DNA of 64,000 nt from Nitrospirales bacterium (lineage in GTDB: Bacteria > Nitrospirota > Nitrospiria > Nitrospirales > UBA8639): assembly GCA_965203295.1 (NCBI GenBank), contig CBDBCZ010000018.1, positions 1,344,001 through 1,408,000 of the forward strand. The letters run 5' to 3'. Positions 25,345-37,300 of the stretch are shown here, in pieces (position 1 is the stretch's first letter; the number at the start of each line of letters is the position of its first letter). Under the pieces are notes generated by a model, which was not told the DNA's origin, searched no databases, and saw only the letters and a list, made by a program, of their open reading frames with translations. The position numbers were made by a program, and so were the translations under genes.

Positions 25345-28300
25345 GTAAGTAGCTAGCTATGCCTCACAATTTTTAAGGAGTGTAGCTAATACTTTGTAGC
25401 TTGCTACAATCCTGGACTCGCCTGCAATTTTAAATTGTAGTTATCTCGTGTGCTTTAGCTATATGGATGGTCTCATGCTAGTGTAATAATTTCAGGTAAT
25501 GATTGCAGAGAGCAGATACCATTCACTTTGGCTTGAAGGATTAAACGTAGTAGCTATTCTACATACTATATACAACTCAAATCCTGCACTCCACTTGTTT
25601 TTATAGGAATGGTTCACGGTGTGGTATACCATTTGCGCAGCAAAAACGTTTGTCCTTCACCATGCAGTTTGAGCCCCACAAGTGTCTGCTGATCAAAATA
25701 GTTGTCCCAATGAACGAAAGAATCGTTTACATCTCATCGATGCTGTCAGTGTTCGCAGACAGTCTACGTGCACTGGTCAAGTCTCGTACTGCCGCGGTAC
25801 TCCAGGTCAGCCAGGACTCCCTCCAACGCTTCTGGGTGTTTGCGAGTCACACAGTCAGCTTTCCCATACCCGGAACATGTCTACAACATTTCTGCAAGCT
25901 GGCAACAAGTCCCTCCGCCTCCTCCATGCTACGCTTAATTACAGCCCTTCAGTGGCTGTTAATAATAGCGGGAGACGTGGAGCTAAACCCAGGACCAACA
26001 CTTCAAAGTGAGGCATTATAATAGAATGTAGAACAAACAATTCTATCCCGTCAATAATAATGCAGGTGTCGTTTTTAACTTTGTACTGTAGGTTTTAATT
26101 CCTAGCTACATGGCATTCAGCAACTAAGTTCGCATTCTACTTTTCAGCAAAAGCTTGCTAGACAATGATTCAAAAGATGATACAAGCTCAATTACCTATA
26201 CACTTGCAGCGACAAGTTACATGATGTTATTTGCCCCAGGTTCAGCTGCCGTTGAACCCTGTATAGTCTTCTTGCCATACTGTATGAAGTGCAAGTGATG
26301 GCATAACCAACCACTATTATCTGCATAGCCGTCACTCTAACATTGCTCGATTATAGATGAATGGACGGGCAGATAAGTAGATAGATTAAACCTACTTAGT
26401 GAATGCCTACGTGCGGGATGCCTGCTACTGTTTAACTCCAGGTGTCAAATTTTGGTAAGGAGACATAGTCTATCACTTCCCATCTCCCCACTTTGCCACA
26501 GATTCTCTTTCCGACCTCTCCATTCTGCTTGCAGAGGGCATTTTGGAGGTAGTCAAGACCGTCCTGACCCACCCTGTGCTGCTTGGAATTTACACCTTAC
26601 TAGCCATCCTATGCGTCACCTTTGCTTTTGCTTCCTACAGTAAATTGAGATTCAAAGGTAACAGATTTAATATCTAACTAGGGAGATGGAGAAGTAAGTG
26701 AATATCATAATTTAACTCCTCATGCAAATTCCACTCCTACCCCATGGTTGATGCATTTTAATGACCAACATCAGAATACTATTCATATACAGTGCACTGC
26801 AAGTACAATCACTATGTGAATCTATTAATAAAAAAAAAATTCAAGACAGACTTAGTACCAAAATGTGCTTTATATTCCTAATAAAGCATCATTTGCTTAT
26901 AGCCCCATGCAGGAATGTTATTACGTGCATCACTCAAAGTACTCAGGAGCTCGATCATTATGACCTCAAACCACAATATATTTTAACTGAATGCAAGACT
27001 TGGGTTTGAGGCTAATTGCAACCACCTAAACAAATCTGTATAACAGGCCCAGTCAGGAAATCATCTGCTTGCAGTAGAAATATTTACATGACGGCATTTA
27101 ATTTGTAACTAGACATACGCATGCGCAGTAAGGCCTCACGCAGAGACACGTGGAAAGCTAGATTGAAAGAAATTACAAACCACACCCACTTTAGAAGCTG
27201 CTACGACAGCGCAACTACATATACGCTTTCAACATGTCAGTAGACAGATGTCTCTGTCTAAAACGTACTTCCAAGGCCCAGCTATAGTTGACACAGAGTC
27301 ACTGGGCTTCGCTCCTGTTCATGGCGCTCGATTTGCCACGAAGGTAAGGTGTAAACTAAATCCAATTCACCCCATCCACAAATATTCAGAGAGCCGTGCA
27401 GTACTTTGAGTGCAATGATGTAGTGAAATTTCTACATGGCACAGATTTTACTGCACTGTCATGAAAGGTAGACATTACCTTAGTTTATACTTCAGAATAC
27501 CATGCAGATGAGATGTAAAATACAGAACTTTAAGCTATTATAGTAGAGCTTGCTATTTATGTCTACCACTCCATTTTGGTGTGCATTTTTGTTGCATTGT
27601 TCTTGATACATAATTGAAATCAGTTATAAGTCTATGGAGCTAGATCCTCTCCTCACATCCACATAGAGATAAGTGAAACAAATTACATTTTTCAGCAAGT
27701 TGTTCTTGCCTAAGCAGTTAGTGATTCTGGGCACACACTTATACACTAGTATAGTGAATACTTCAGACTTTGAAGGAACCTGTAAATCGCTTATGTTCAG
27801 GTGGCGGCAGAGGTAATGATGGTAGTACTGGTGGTGGAAGAAGCACTTCTGGGAATACAGGTGAGTGCCTTGCATATTTTGATTTAGGTATAAAAACATT
27901 GAGTACATGTACTTTCCCATGGTAGTTTGTCTCCAGTATGGAACAGGGCCGACTTCATATATCTCTATACAAAAACAGAACTACGTCCAATTTCTACTCG
28001 CTAACAGTGGGCAATAAGTCTTCATTCTCAATGCATGTACCCTACCTTGTAGACCTGTACTGATACAGCCATGCATCTGTCTCAGATTCACCATGGATGC
28101 ACATATGAACAGTGTGTCTCCATCCCATTTTAAGGCATGCATGCTACAGTTTGCAACCAGACTAGTACGAGTTTAACTGGACACCAGTATTAACCATTTG
28201 ATTCATTTGAAGCTGCAAACAACATCATAATATCTTTGTGCATGTACATAAATTGCGGTTATCACAGCGAATTGTGAGTAAATGGTTGCCATGCCTGCTA

Positions 28301-31300
28301 TTATCAATGCAGTTCTGACATCACATGAGATATATACGCATCTTTGAGACAGACACAAGAATGATTGTTCCAAGCTTGTTAATTCTAGGTGTACCTACTC
28401 CAATTCGTCTACATGTTGTTTCCTTCGTTTTACTTTGTTTTACAATTAGCTACACCCTTATCACCTTAAGATAATTATTTACACTGACAAGTGCAAAAAA
28501 ATTCACGAGTGCATGGGGTTGTACGTACCACTGCCTTTTATACAAAGCATTTCAATTTTAAACTAATGGCAATAGATTAATTTTTTGTGTAATTGGCAAC
28601 AAACCAAAACAATTTGTATTGAGAATACTGGTGATAGATCTGTACATTTTGCATATCCATAGTTATAGTATATACGAATACTGATTATATATGAACACAT
28701 AAACTACAGAAGGTTGCCTTCAATAAAATCCACAAGCTCCATGCATTTTCCCAAGAGTACCTATTAAAGTTTCATATTGTGTTGGATTTAACTTCACACT
28801 GGAGAGGACTGCATTAAACAGCAGAGTAGCCCTGTCTCTCTCCACTACACCGGGAGCAGAAATTCTAGCCTCATCATACACACTATGTGTAATCATTTCA
28901 GCACCCCAGAACATTTCAGCTAGTTCTCTGCCAAATCCCTGATAAGCTAGATGCTCGATAACACTGTCCCTTTTGGTCTGGAGTTTGCTGCATGTACTCA
29001 GCTGAGAGAAGAATACAGTTTTAATTGAAAGTCTTATTTCTGTAACATGTTTGCAAATTCATACATTTCAATTCGTACCCATTGTTGTCAATAGTGCAGT
29101 ATTGTCCACATAAATGTTTTTCTGGATGTCTGAACATGGTACATTGCACTGCAGCGTTAATATGAAAACATACAGAACTACAACAGTCCTTCACGATAAC
29201 TGAAGATGGCTGTTCCATACACTTTGCATCCAATGTAGAGACACACCACCACAGCGCACTATGTAACACCTTAGATAATATTCATGGTAGTAAAAATTAC
29301 CTTTGCCTCATACGTAGCTATGCTACAGCCGAATCTGTCTGTATAATGCATAGTAGTTGCAATAGTTACAATGCCTATTTAGAATATTATACTCTTCATT
29401 GAAAGAAATTTGGTGACACCCTTGCACTATTTTGAAAGGGCTTTCAATAAAAGTTTGCAGAAACCGAGTAGGCTGATTTTGAAAGTTTAATAGTTTACAA
29501 TGAAATGCACAATTATAAGTTTGCATGTGAACAGTCGTATTTGTCCTGCAGGCACTGAGTGCCATACTGAACCTACACATTCACAACCTTCAGGTGCTGA
29601 CCCACAGTCAAGCCAAAGTAGTTGTTAATAAACTATCAGTTCTCTAGTTTTTGTTTCCTACCTACCGTAGCACCACATTCAGTTAAAATAATGAACGTTG
29701 AGGAGTGAAAGGTAATTAACACTGTAGTTGTAACTCATCAAAATTTCATTTGAATGACTACTTAGTAGTCAGTTATTTTTGTCTGATAGCATACATAAAG
29801 TTTGAGTGGAAGGGAAAGTAAGTGAGAATTTGAACTAGCTGTAGATCATATGGGTAGGTATAAGAATCACATCTTTAGGTAAACTTAAAAGAAATGATTT
29901 TTTAATTTTGTTGAAAGGTTGGAATGGCACATTAATATTGGAGGATGAACTATTGATCATATTCATGTCCACAGGTATTGCTCATCTCTTACCAACAGTT
30001 GATGGTTCTGTACTCAGTAAGTGAATGCAGTATGCAGTTAATAGTAGGCTTTATGTATTGTGTTTAAAGTCACAACCTCAACTTAATATTAATAAGTTAT
30101 GGTCGGATAACACATTTAGATTCAATTGTGGGCAAATATTGCTAAAATAAATTGAGATTCCAGATAAGAAACAAGTAGTTCCACATAGTTTAGATTATGG
30201 ATCTAGGCCCTCGTAACCATCAACATTACTCTCAAGATTCATGATATAGTGGAACTGTAAGTGGCAGAACTATACACCTCTATTTCTGAGACTGCTAGAA
30301 TACGTTATTGTGTCCACAGCTGAAGACGATCTTCTTAACATTCTTGAGGAGGTGGGGGGCCTGGCTGCGAGATGGCGTAACATGTGCTTAGTCCTGAGAG
30401 TGCCAGATGCAGATACCATTGGAAACAAATGGCGTGATGACCCAAAGGATTGTCTCAGAGAAATACTGAAACAGTGGCTGAGGATGTGCTACAACACTCA
30501 GAAGCATGGCCCACCAACATGGCAGAAGCTGGTTGAAGCTGTGGCAAATGATAATGGTGGGGATAATCCAGCTCTGGCAGAAACAATTGCATGGAAACAT
30601 CAGACTGAGTGTAAGTATTTGCCAAATAATAATAAATGTAGCATAAATAGTTTTTACAGGATTTATGAGTAATCGTTATATTACTTTTTCTTCAATGACA
30701 CAACAAACAAATTATCAAACAACATGAATTTGATTTGTATTGTGCAACGTACTGTGCTACAGTTGCACTTATGAATATCATTTACTGGGTAATGTAAATG
30801 TAAACATCACCAGACAATAACTGTGTTTATGAGAAACTGAAGTCTATTCTCCGTATACAAGCTCATATTACCTTCATCTTCGTTGGCATATGTACAACTT
30901 AAACTGTTGGAGAATTTAATCAGTCTTAGCTGAATTCACATCGTTGTCACACTGATGCATATCTTACAGGGGTGTCAGAGCAACAATGACCACTGCAGCT
31001 GTGGCAAGCACACAATATTAAATAGCTCTATGAGATGTAACTTATGTTCATGGATAAAGTCTGATTGTCAGTGTGCTGCTTCAACTGAAGGAAACGAGCA
31101 CAGTGTGGTCCAATCAAGCTCCGGCCACCTTGGCTGACATACTGTATGACCCATAAAATAATATTATGGCCTTTGTATTTGATGGACCGAGAAAATAAAC
31201 AAAAAGTTATCTTTCAATCATCACTATAAGCGTGATTATGGTACATGTTTAGTTAGGCATAGCTGCTAGCCAGCAATGTACATGTACAAACTCCTTTTAG

Positions 31301-34300
31301 AAGTGGGACTCAGTGCATGGGGCACCACATGAGCCTTGAATTAATGGTGAAATGAAAGTACCATATAGCAAACAAACAAGGTGCAGGGATAGCATAAACA
31401 CAGCACGCACAGCCCCATCCCCACATGTTTTCACTGAATGCAACTTAGCTACCAGCGCTCAAGTGGAAGATGGACATGCACAGAATGGTACTGTAGGAAT
31501 TCGGAACTGTTCTAGAGAACTATACTAACTATCATGGTACTTTAAGAATTTTCTACTATAGCAAGGCTTAATTTATGGTGAATTTGGGATTCTTTTTAGA
31601 CAGTGTAACTGGAATGTGCTCCAAATCACTAGATTTGGAAGTTTTCGTGTATACTGAGCATTTGCACTATCCCTAATAGAAAGGCTGCTGCTGACTATGT
31701 CTTTTAGAAATCAAGTATTTTCAAATGCTTTTGACATACGCTACAGAATAGTGATTTCTACACAGCACATGCACTATGGTACTTTAATGAAAGGAATTGA
31801 ATAGTTTCATTGCAGAATTGCAGACAATATATATGCTACTGGCTTCTGAATTAAACTTACTGTTAAGGTAATTCTTCATTTGGTATGCTCATTTGTCACT
31901 CTGTCTAGGACACTTTTCAAAAAAGGACAGTTGGGACGTTTGTACATTGCTGATTAACTATGGATGACTATATTTTACCAACAGGCTCTGACCCACATGC
32001 ACAACCTACAGGATCTGATTCATATGCGCAACATGACCCACGTATACAAATTACGCGTACTGCTCCACATGTTCAACATACAGGTCCTCCCTCATCTATA
32101 CGGTCACTAGGCACTGATGCAATCACTGTGTATGCAAGGTATCTTCGAGGCAAGTACAGGACTGGTATCTCCAATTTTTTCTTTCAGCAATGGCCTCCTC
32201 CACCCACATATAAGGTTTTGAAGTTAGCTATGATTGTGGATGAAAACGTTCGATACGGTACCTCAGATGAGATAATCAGACACACCCTCCATGGACGAGT
32301 GAATGATGTCCTATATACAAAAAAATCGGTGGAGCTGCAAGAAATTTTTCAACTGGACACTGCTGATCGTAAGGTTATTCTAATTGAGGGAGCGGCTGGG
32401 TTAGGAAAAAGTACTCTCGCCTGGCACATCTGCAAGCAATGGCAATCTGGAGACCTGTTTCAAAAGTTTCACACTGTCATTTTGATTCAGTTGCGAGATC
32501 CAGTAATCCATTCTGCTACATCACTAGAACACACACTTCCAGCAACAAAACAGACTCAGACTGCAGCAATAGTAGCAGCACTACAGGCGGATGAAGGGCG
32601 CGGTGTGATGTTTGTTCTGGATGGCTGGGATGAACTACCAACGCGCCTTCGTACTGATTCAATTTTTCAGCAGCTCATTAATAATCCAAGCGATTTGGGC
32701 TTAGCTTCCTGTGCCATTGTCATCACCTCTCGTCCCATAGCTTCCAGTGGCCTGTATCACAGTATTTCGTCTCGTATTGAAATACTGGGATTCACCGATA
32801 CCGAAGTCAACGAGTATTTTGTAGAAGCACTTGGAGGTAATATGCAATCAGTAGAAAAACTACAGAATAGTCTAAAAGATCGAACTGTGATACAGGCCAG
32901 TTGCTACATACCGCTAAATGCGGCGATTGTTACTCACCTGTTCAAAGCTCAAGACCAGAGCCTACCAACTACCCTCCATGGAGTGTTCACATCGCTGGTT
33001 ATCTGCTGTCTCATACGATATATGAAGAAAAAAAGCATAAAAGAACATATTTCGTCTCTTGACACCCTTCCTTCTTGTCTTGAGCAACCCTTTCACAAAA
33101 TCTGCACTCTAGCTTACCATGGAGTTATGAATAACCTGGCTACATTTTCGTCAGAGGACTTGGAGCAACTCGGACTGCCGCAAAAGTTAGTTACATTAGG
33201 ACTGATCCAAGGCTGTGAAAGCTTTGCTTCTTTTCAGGAAAAAGTATCTTATAATTTTCTGCATTTATCAGTGCAAGAATTGCTCGCTTCATTCCATATT
33301 TCCAAATTACCTGGACAGGAAGAAATTGAAGTATTTAAAAGGTTGTTTGGACAGCCTCAATTTTCTGGTGTGTTCCAGTTTTACTCTGCTTTTACTCAGC
33401 TGAAGTCCGAAGGCATTAGAGAAATAGTTTTTAACATAGTGAAGGGGAAAAAGAAACCAGAATTGGTGCATCTTCTTCATGGCTTGTATGAAGCTCAAGA
33501 TGTCTCACTCTGCCAGTTTGTGATTTATCACCTTAGTCAGAAGTTGGATCTGAGTTACATCTCTCTCAGCCCAGTCGGCTGCTTGTCTCTAGGGTATTTT
33601 CTGTGTAACATCTGCAATGTGGCCAAAGGAAAAATTGTAGTGAACCTTACCCACTGTTCACTTGATAATAAACGATTTTGTTTTCTTGTTAAAGAGTTTT
33701 CCAAGTTTAGTTCTAGCAAGATATCAGCAGCTGATACTGGAATACCAAGCTGTACTGAATTGGAAATTGAGTGAGTTACCTGCAGAGTATTTGTATGCCA
33801 GACCTAACCAAGCACAGTACTCAGCAACGTGAATGTAATAGATGTTGAGGAAAGGAACTAATGTTAATTTCATGCAATCATCCATATTTGAAGTCTTTGT
33901 AACCATTGCCACTTCTCGTACTGAAAATACATTAGTAACTATGTACATTAAAGTTATCTAGGAATAAAGTTACCTGGTTGGCATGCTCAACATATCCTTA
34001 TAATAGTGAAGGAGAAAAAACAGACTTAGTGCATTTTCATGGCTTATACGAAGCTCAAAGCATTTTACTATGACAGCACAAAACTAAACATCTTAAACAG
34101 TTCAAATAACAAATGATATCAAGGAATGAATTAATATTTACTTGAGCAGTGGGAATGGTTACAAAAGCAGCATATCTAGGTGCTTGCATGAGTAAATGGA
34201 CAAATAAAATTATAATTATTTTTCAGTAAAAATCTTAACACTCCATGTATGTACGTTTAAGTTTTTATAGAGTTTTCAAGAATGAAATTATGTATTGAAT

Positions 34301-37300
34301 ATTTACTACAATCACTTGGTAGGCATGCATTAAACTCAAGGTCATTTTTTTGGTGCCAACCCACTCTGAACTTGAATTCAAGCATCATAGTAATCTGTCG
34401 ATGAATACCTCATTCCAGTATAAAATTAACAGAAAGCTCTTATGTCTGCCTAATTTCTTCAGCAGAATAGTTCCTGGGAATTCCACACAGTCATTCATGA
34501 AGCTGTAACTGGCCATTATGATACGGGCTAGACACATACATGTACAGAGTGTCGACAGCTATAATGTATTACAACAAAAATGGAAGGGCTACTTTAACAA
34601 ACCAATCGTTACCTCAGTTGCAGGCTAACTATCATGCTTGAGTGCAGTCCACTGTGTGTGTTACAAAAAAAATACAAGTAATTGCACTTGCTTCCCTCAC
34701 AAACGTACTTGTACTTGCTACACTAGCTTGCTTCATTTGCTCCATATTGAAAGATTACCTCTATGTGATCTGTATGGAACATTTAGCATCTGTCAGTGGT
34801 AGTTAGTAGTGCTACTGACTGAGCCACATACAGACACATTTCCACATCATTGATGTCCACATTCAGAGCTCATTGAAATGAGACTCTGTCATAGAGGGAG
34901 GAGAATGCATAGTATTTGTGCACACCACATTCGTTTGGTAGCCAAAGCTCTTTGTAATCTCTCGGTGCGTTCAATATCTGGCAGTGGCAGTAGACTATAG
35001 TGTAGTAGACAGATTTGTGCCTGAGCCATCTGAAGGCAGTAACTTAAGGAGAGAAGCCGACAGTAAACAACTGCAAAACGATACAAAAAAGCAAAGATTG
35101 AAGACCAGCTCTTCATAGCCATTGCCTACGTGTACACATGGTGATGAATGGGATGGCTCAGGTTTCTTGAGTATGGTAAGTGCAGCTGCCTTTGTTCAGA
35201 AGAGCGATAGCTACACGTATAATTTTGAAGTTGTAGACAACCCAGCTAACTTGAAGTAGCTAAAGCAGGAAGTTGATTGAAGTACGGACTATAGCCTACC
35301 TAGATATTAACATTCCATTAGTCAAAATAGATAGTGTGTTCAGTAACAGCTAACCAGAGATAAAATTAGTCACTGAACTAGATGTCTATAGAGGTCCTAT
35401 GCATCTTCCATGATTCTGTACGGTTAGGAAAGCAAGAACTGGAAACCAATTCCAACCAAAGATGTGATTAACAGTTGAAGTTACCTAGCTACTGCCTGAT
35501 TCCTACATTCTGCATGATTCCTACAATCTGCAATACTCAAACTAATGTCAATCAAAGATGCTGAGTGAACAGTCTACGAAGTATATGTATAGTTATAGTG
35601 TTGCTGTTAGAATAATATGTCTTGTTGTATTGGTTTACACACTCCATAACACAGTATACAGAGAGTATGCCAGTATGGTATGGTCGCAGTGTAAACTATA
35701 GACTCAGAGTATGAGATTAGGATATATACTGGTAGTCTGTTACCGCAATAATATTGATATGATGTATAGGAACTGTAAGAAATGTATGCTTATGCCTCTG
35801 TGAAAAAGTAAACCAGGCACCTTGATTAATAAGTTAAGATAATGGCTACTATAGTATAACACTACAACCTAGTAGTTTTCTCTGTTGTGCAGATGATTAG
35901 CATTAGACAGTTACTTATTGTAGTCATGAATAAAAGTAATCAACTAGACTATTCCTCTCTCCAGATTCACTGACAATGATGTTGATGATTGCGGGGCAGC
36001 TGTACTTTGTGGAGCCTTACATCATAACAACTCACTAAAGACATTGAAGTGAGTTTGTATGTGCGTTGAATGTTTTATACCTGAATGCTCCCTGATTTAT
36101 TTTCAGTGGTGTGGTATGTATCAGCAATTCTTTCACTGAGTGAAACATTTGATACCACTATGCAACCCTTTACATGACGAAGAGTATTATGCCCACAGCA
36201 CATTAATTTGGCCCACACCACCACTGTCAAATGTAGTTGTATGTGCATACCGAAAATACAGTGATTTGCAGATGAAATCTTAAAACATGCATTTGTCAGT
36301 GTGTGCATGAGTGAATAACATCTAGTCTGATGGCTGTCTTTGTATGTCTTTTCCTTATAGCCTTCAAGGCAACAAGATTGGAATCCCAGGAGCTGCAGCC
36401 ATCGCAGATTTATTGCAAAAGAACAAGGCCTTGGAACACCTGAAGTAAGAACAGTAGAGCTTGCAATAAATTTTCAGGTAATAGCACCAAGAGTTACTCG
36501 TAGTAGCAGCTTACTGCCACTGCTTGGTGGATTCAGAGGAGTCTCTAAAGTATCTGGAGACAAATGCGTGAACCTCATGCTAACTTTTTAAGGAAGCAAA
36601 TTTAATAGTCACCGAGATTGTTGGGAACTAGTTTATTGTTATTATGGCACTGCTAGTCTTATACAAAACTAGCAATCAATGCTGTAGACGCATCTCAATC
36701 TCTTGGTAGGTAAACATAGACCACACTCCACAATGCTCTTGTAGAGGGGCTACCTGAACCAACTTCATTTCACATTATGTCATGTAGTTATTTGATGATG
36801 TCACTTTCTGTTCACTAAGTAAAAGTTATTACTGGTTTACCCATGATTAATCTCCTGGAAAGAACTGTACAGTTATGCTTTACAGTAGCTAGTGGAATAT
36901 AATATATATTTGTACATTAGCAACCCTCATACAAGGATTACTGAAGACATTAGCCTCATATTCATGTACTTATGAGTTGTTAACATAAAGACCCAGTAAT
37001 GAGTTGTGGTAAGCTTACTAGCAAAAATATTCAGTAAAAACTGAACCAGCAGCAGAGGCTAAAATGGCGGAAGATAGGATCTAAATTACACTCAGAATCT
37101 CCACCAGCCCCCACTGGAAGGGAGATGCTTGGGTCCAGGCAAGGCCATCATCATCAAGTGACCCGCAAAAAGAGGAATGGCAGTTGACAGTCGTACTCCT
37201 GCCCCACAACCCTTTATAACAAGAAATCGGGAGGGATTAATCATAACAGGCAATTCCAAGGCTACCAATTCTAAGGCGACACACTGACCTTCACATCAGC

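Noticed and set aside
25609..25692. ATG at the start of exon 2 as the NLR start
   Set aside because: It is out of frame with the 2A/NLR frame and stops after 27 codons; at most a uORF.
25953..26100. 2A motif as the 5' end of a LINE
   Set aside because: No APE endonuclease sequence follows NPGP; a splice donor and AT-rich intron follow instead.
31960..33774. 604-aa ORF as a stand-alone single-exon gene
   Set aside because: It has phase-compatible acceptor and donor sites linking it to the Death and LRR exons; its stop lies within the GTGAGT donor.
34860..35000. Short open frame between NACHT and the first LRR exon
   Set aside because: No phase-compatible splice pair or LRR consensus was found.
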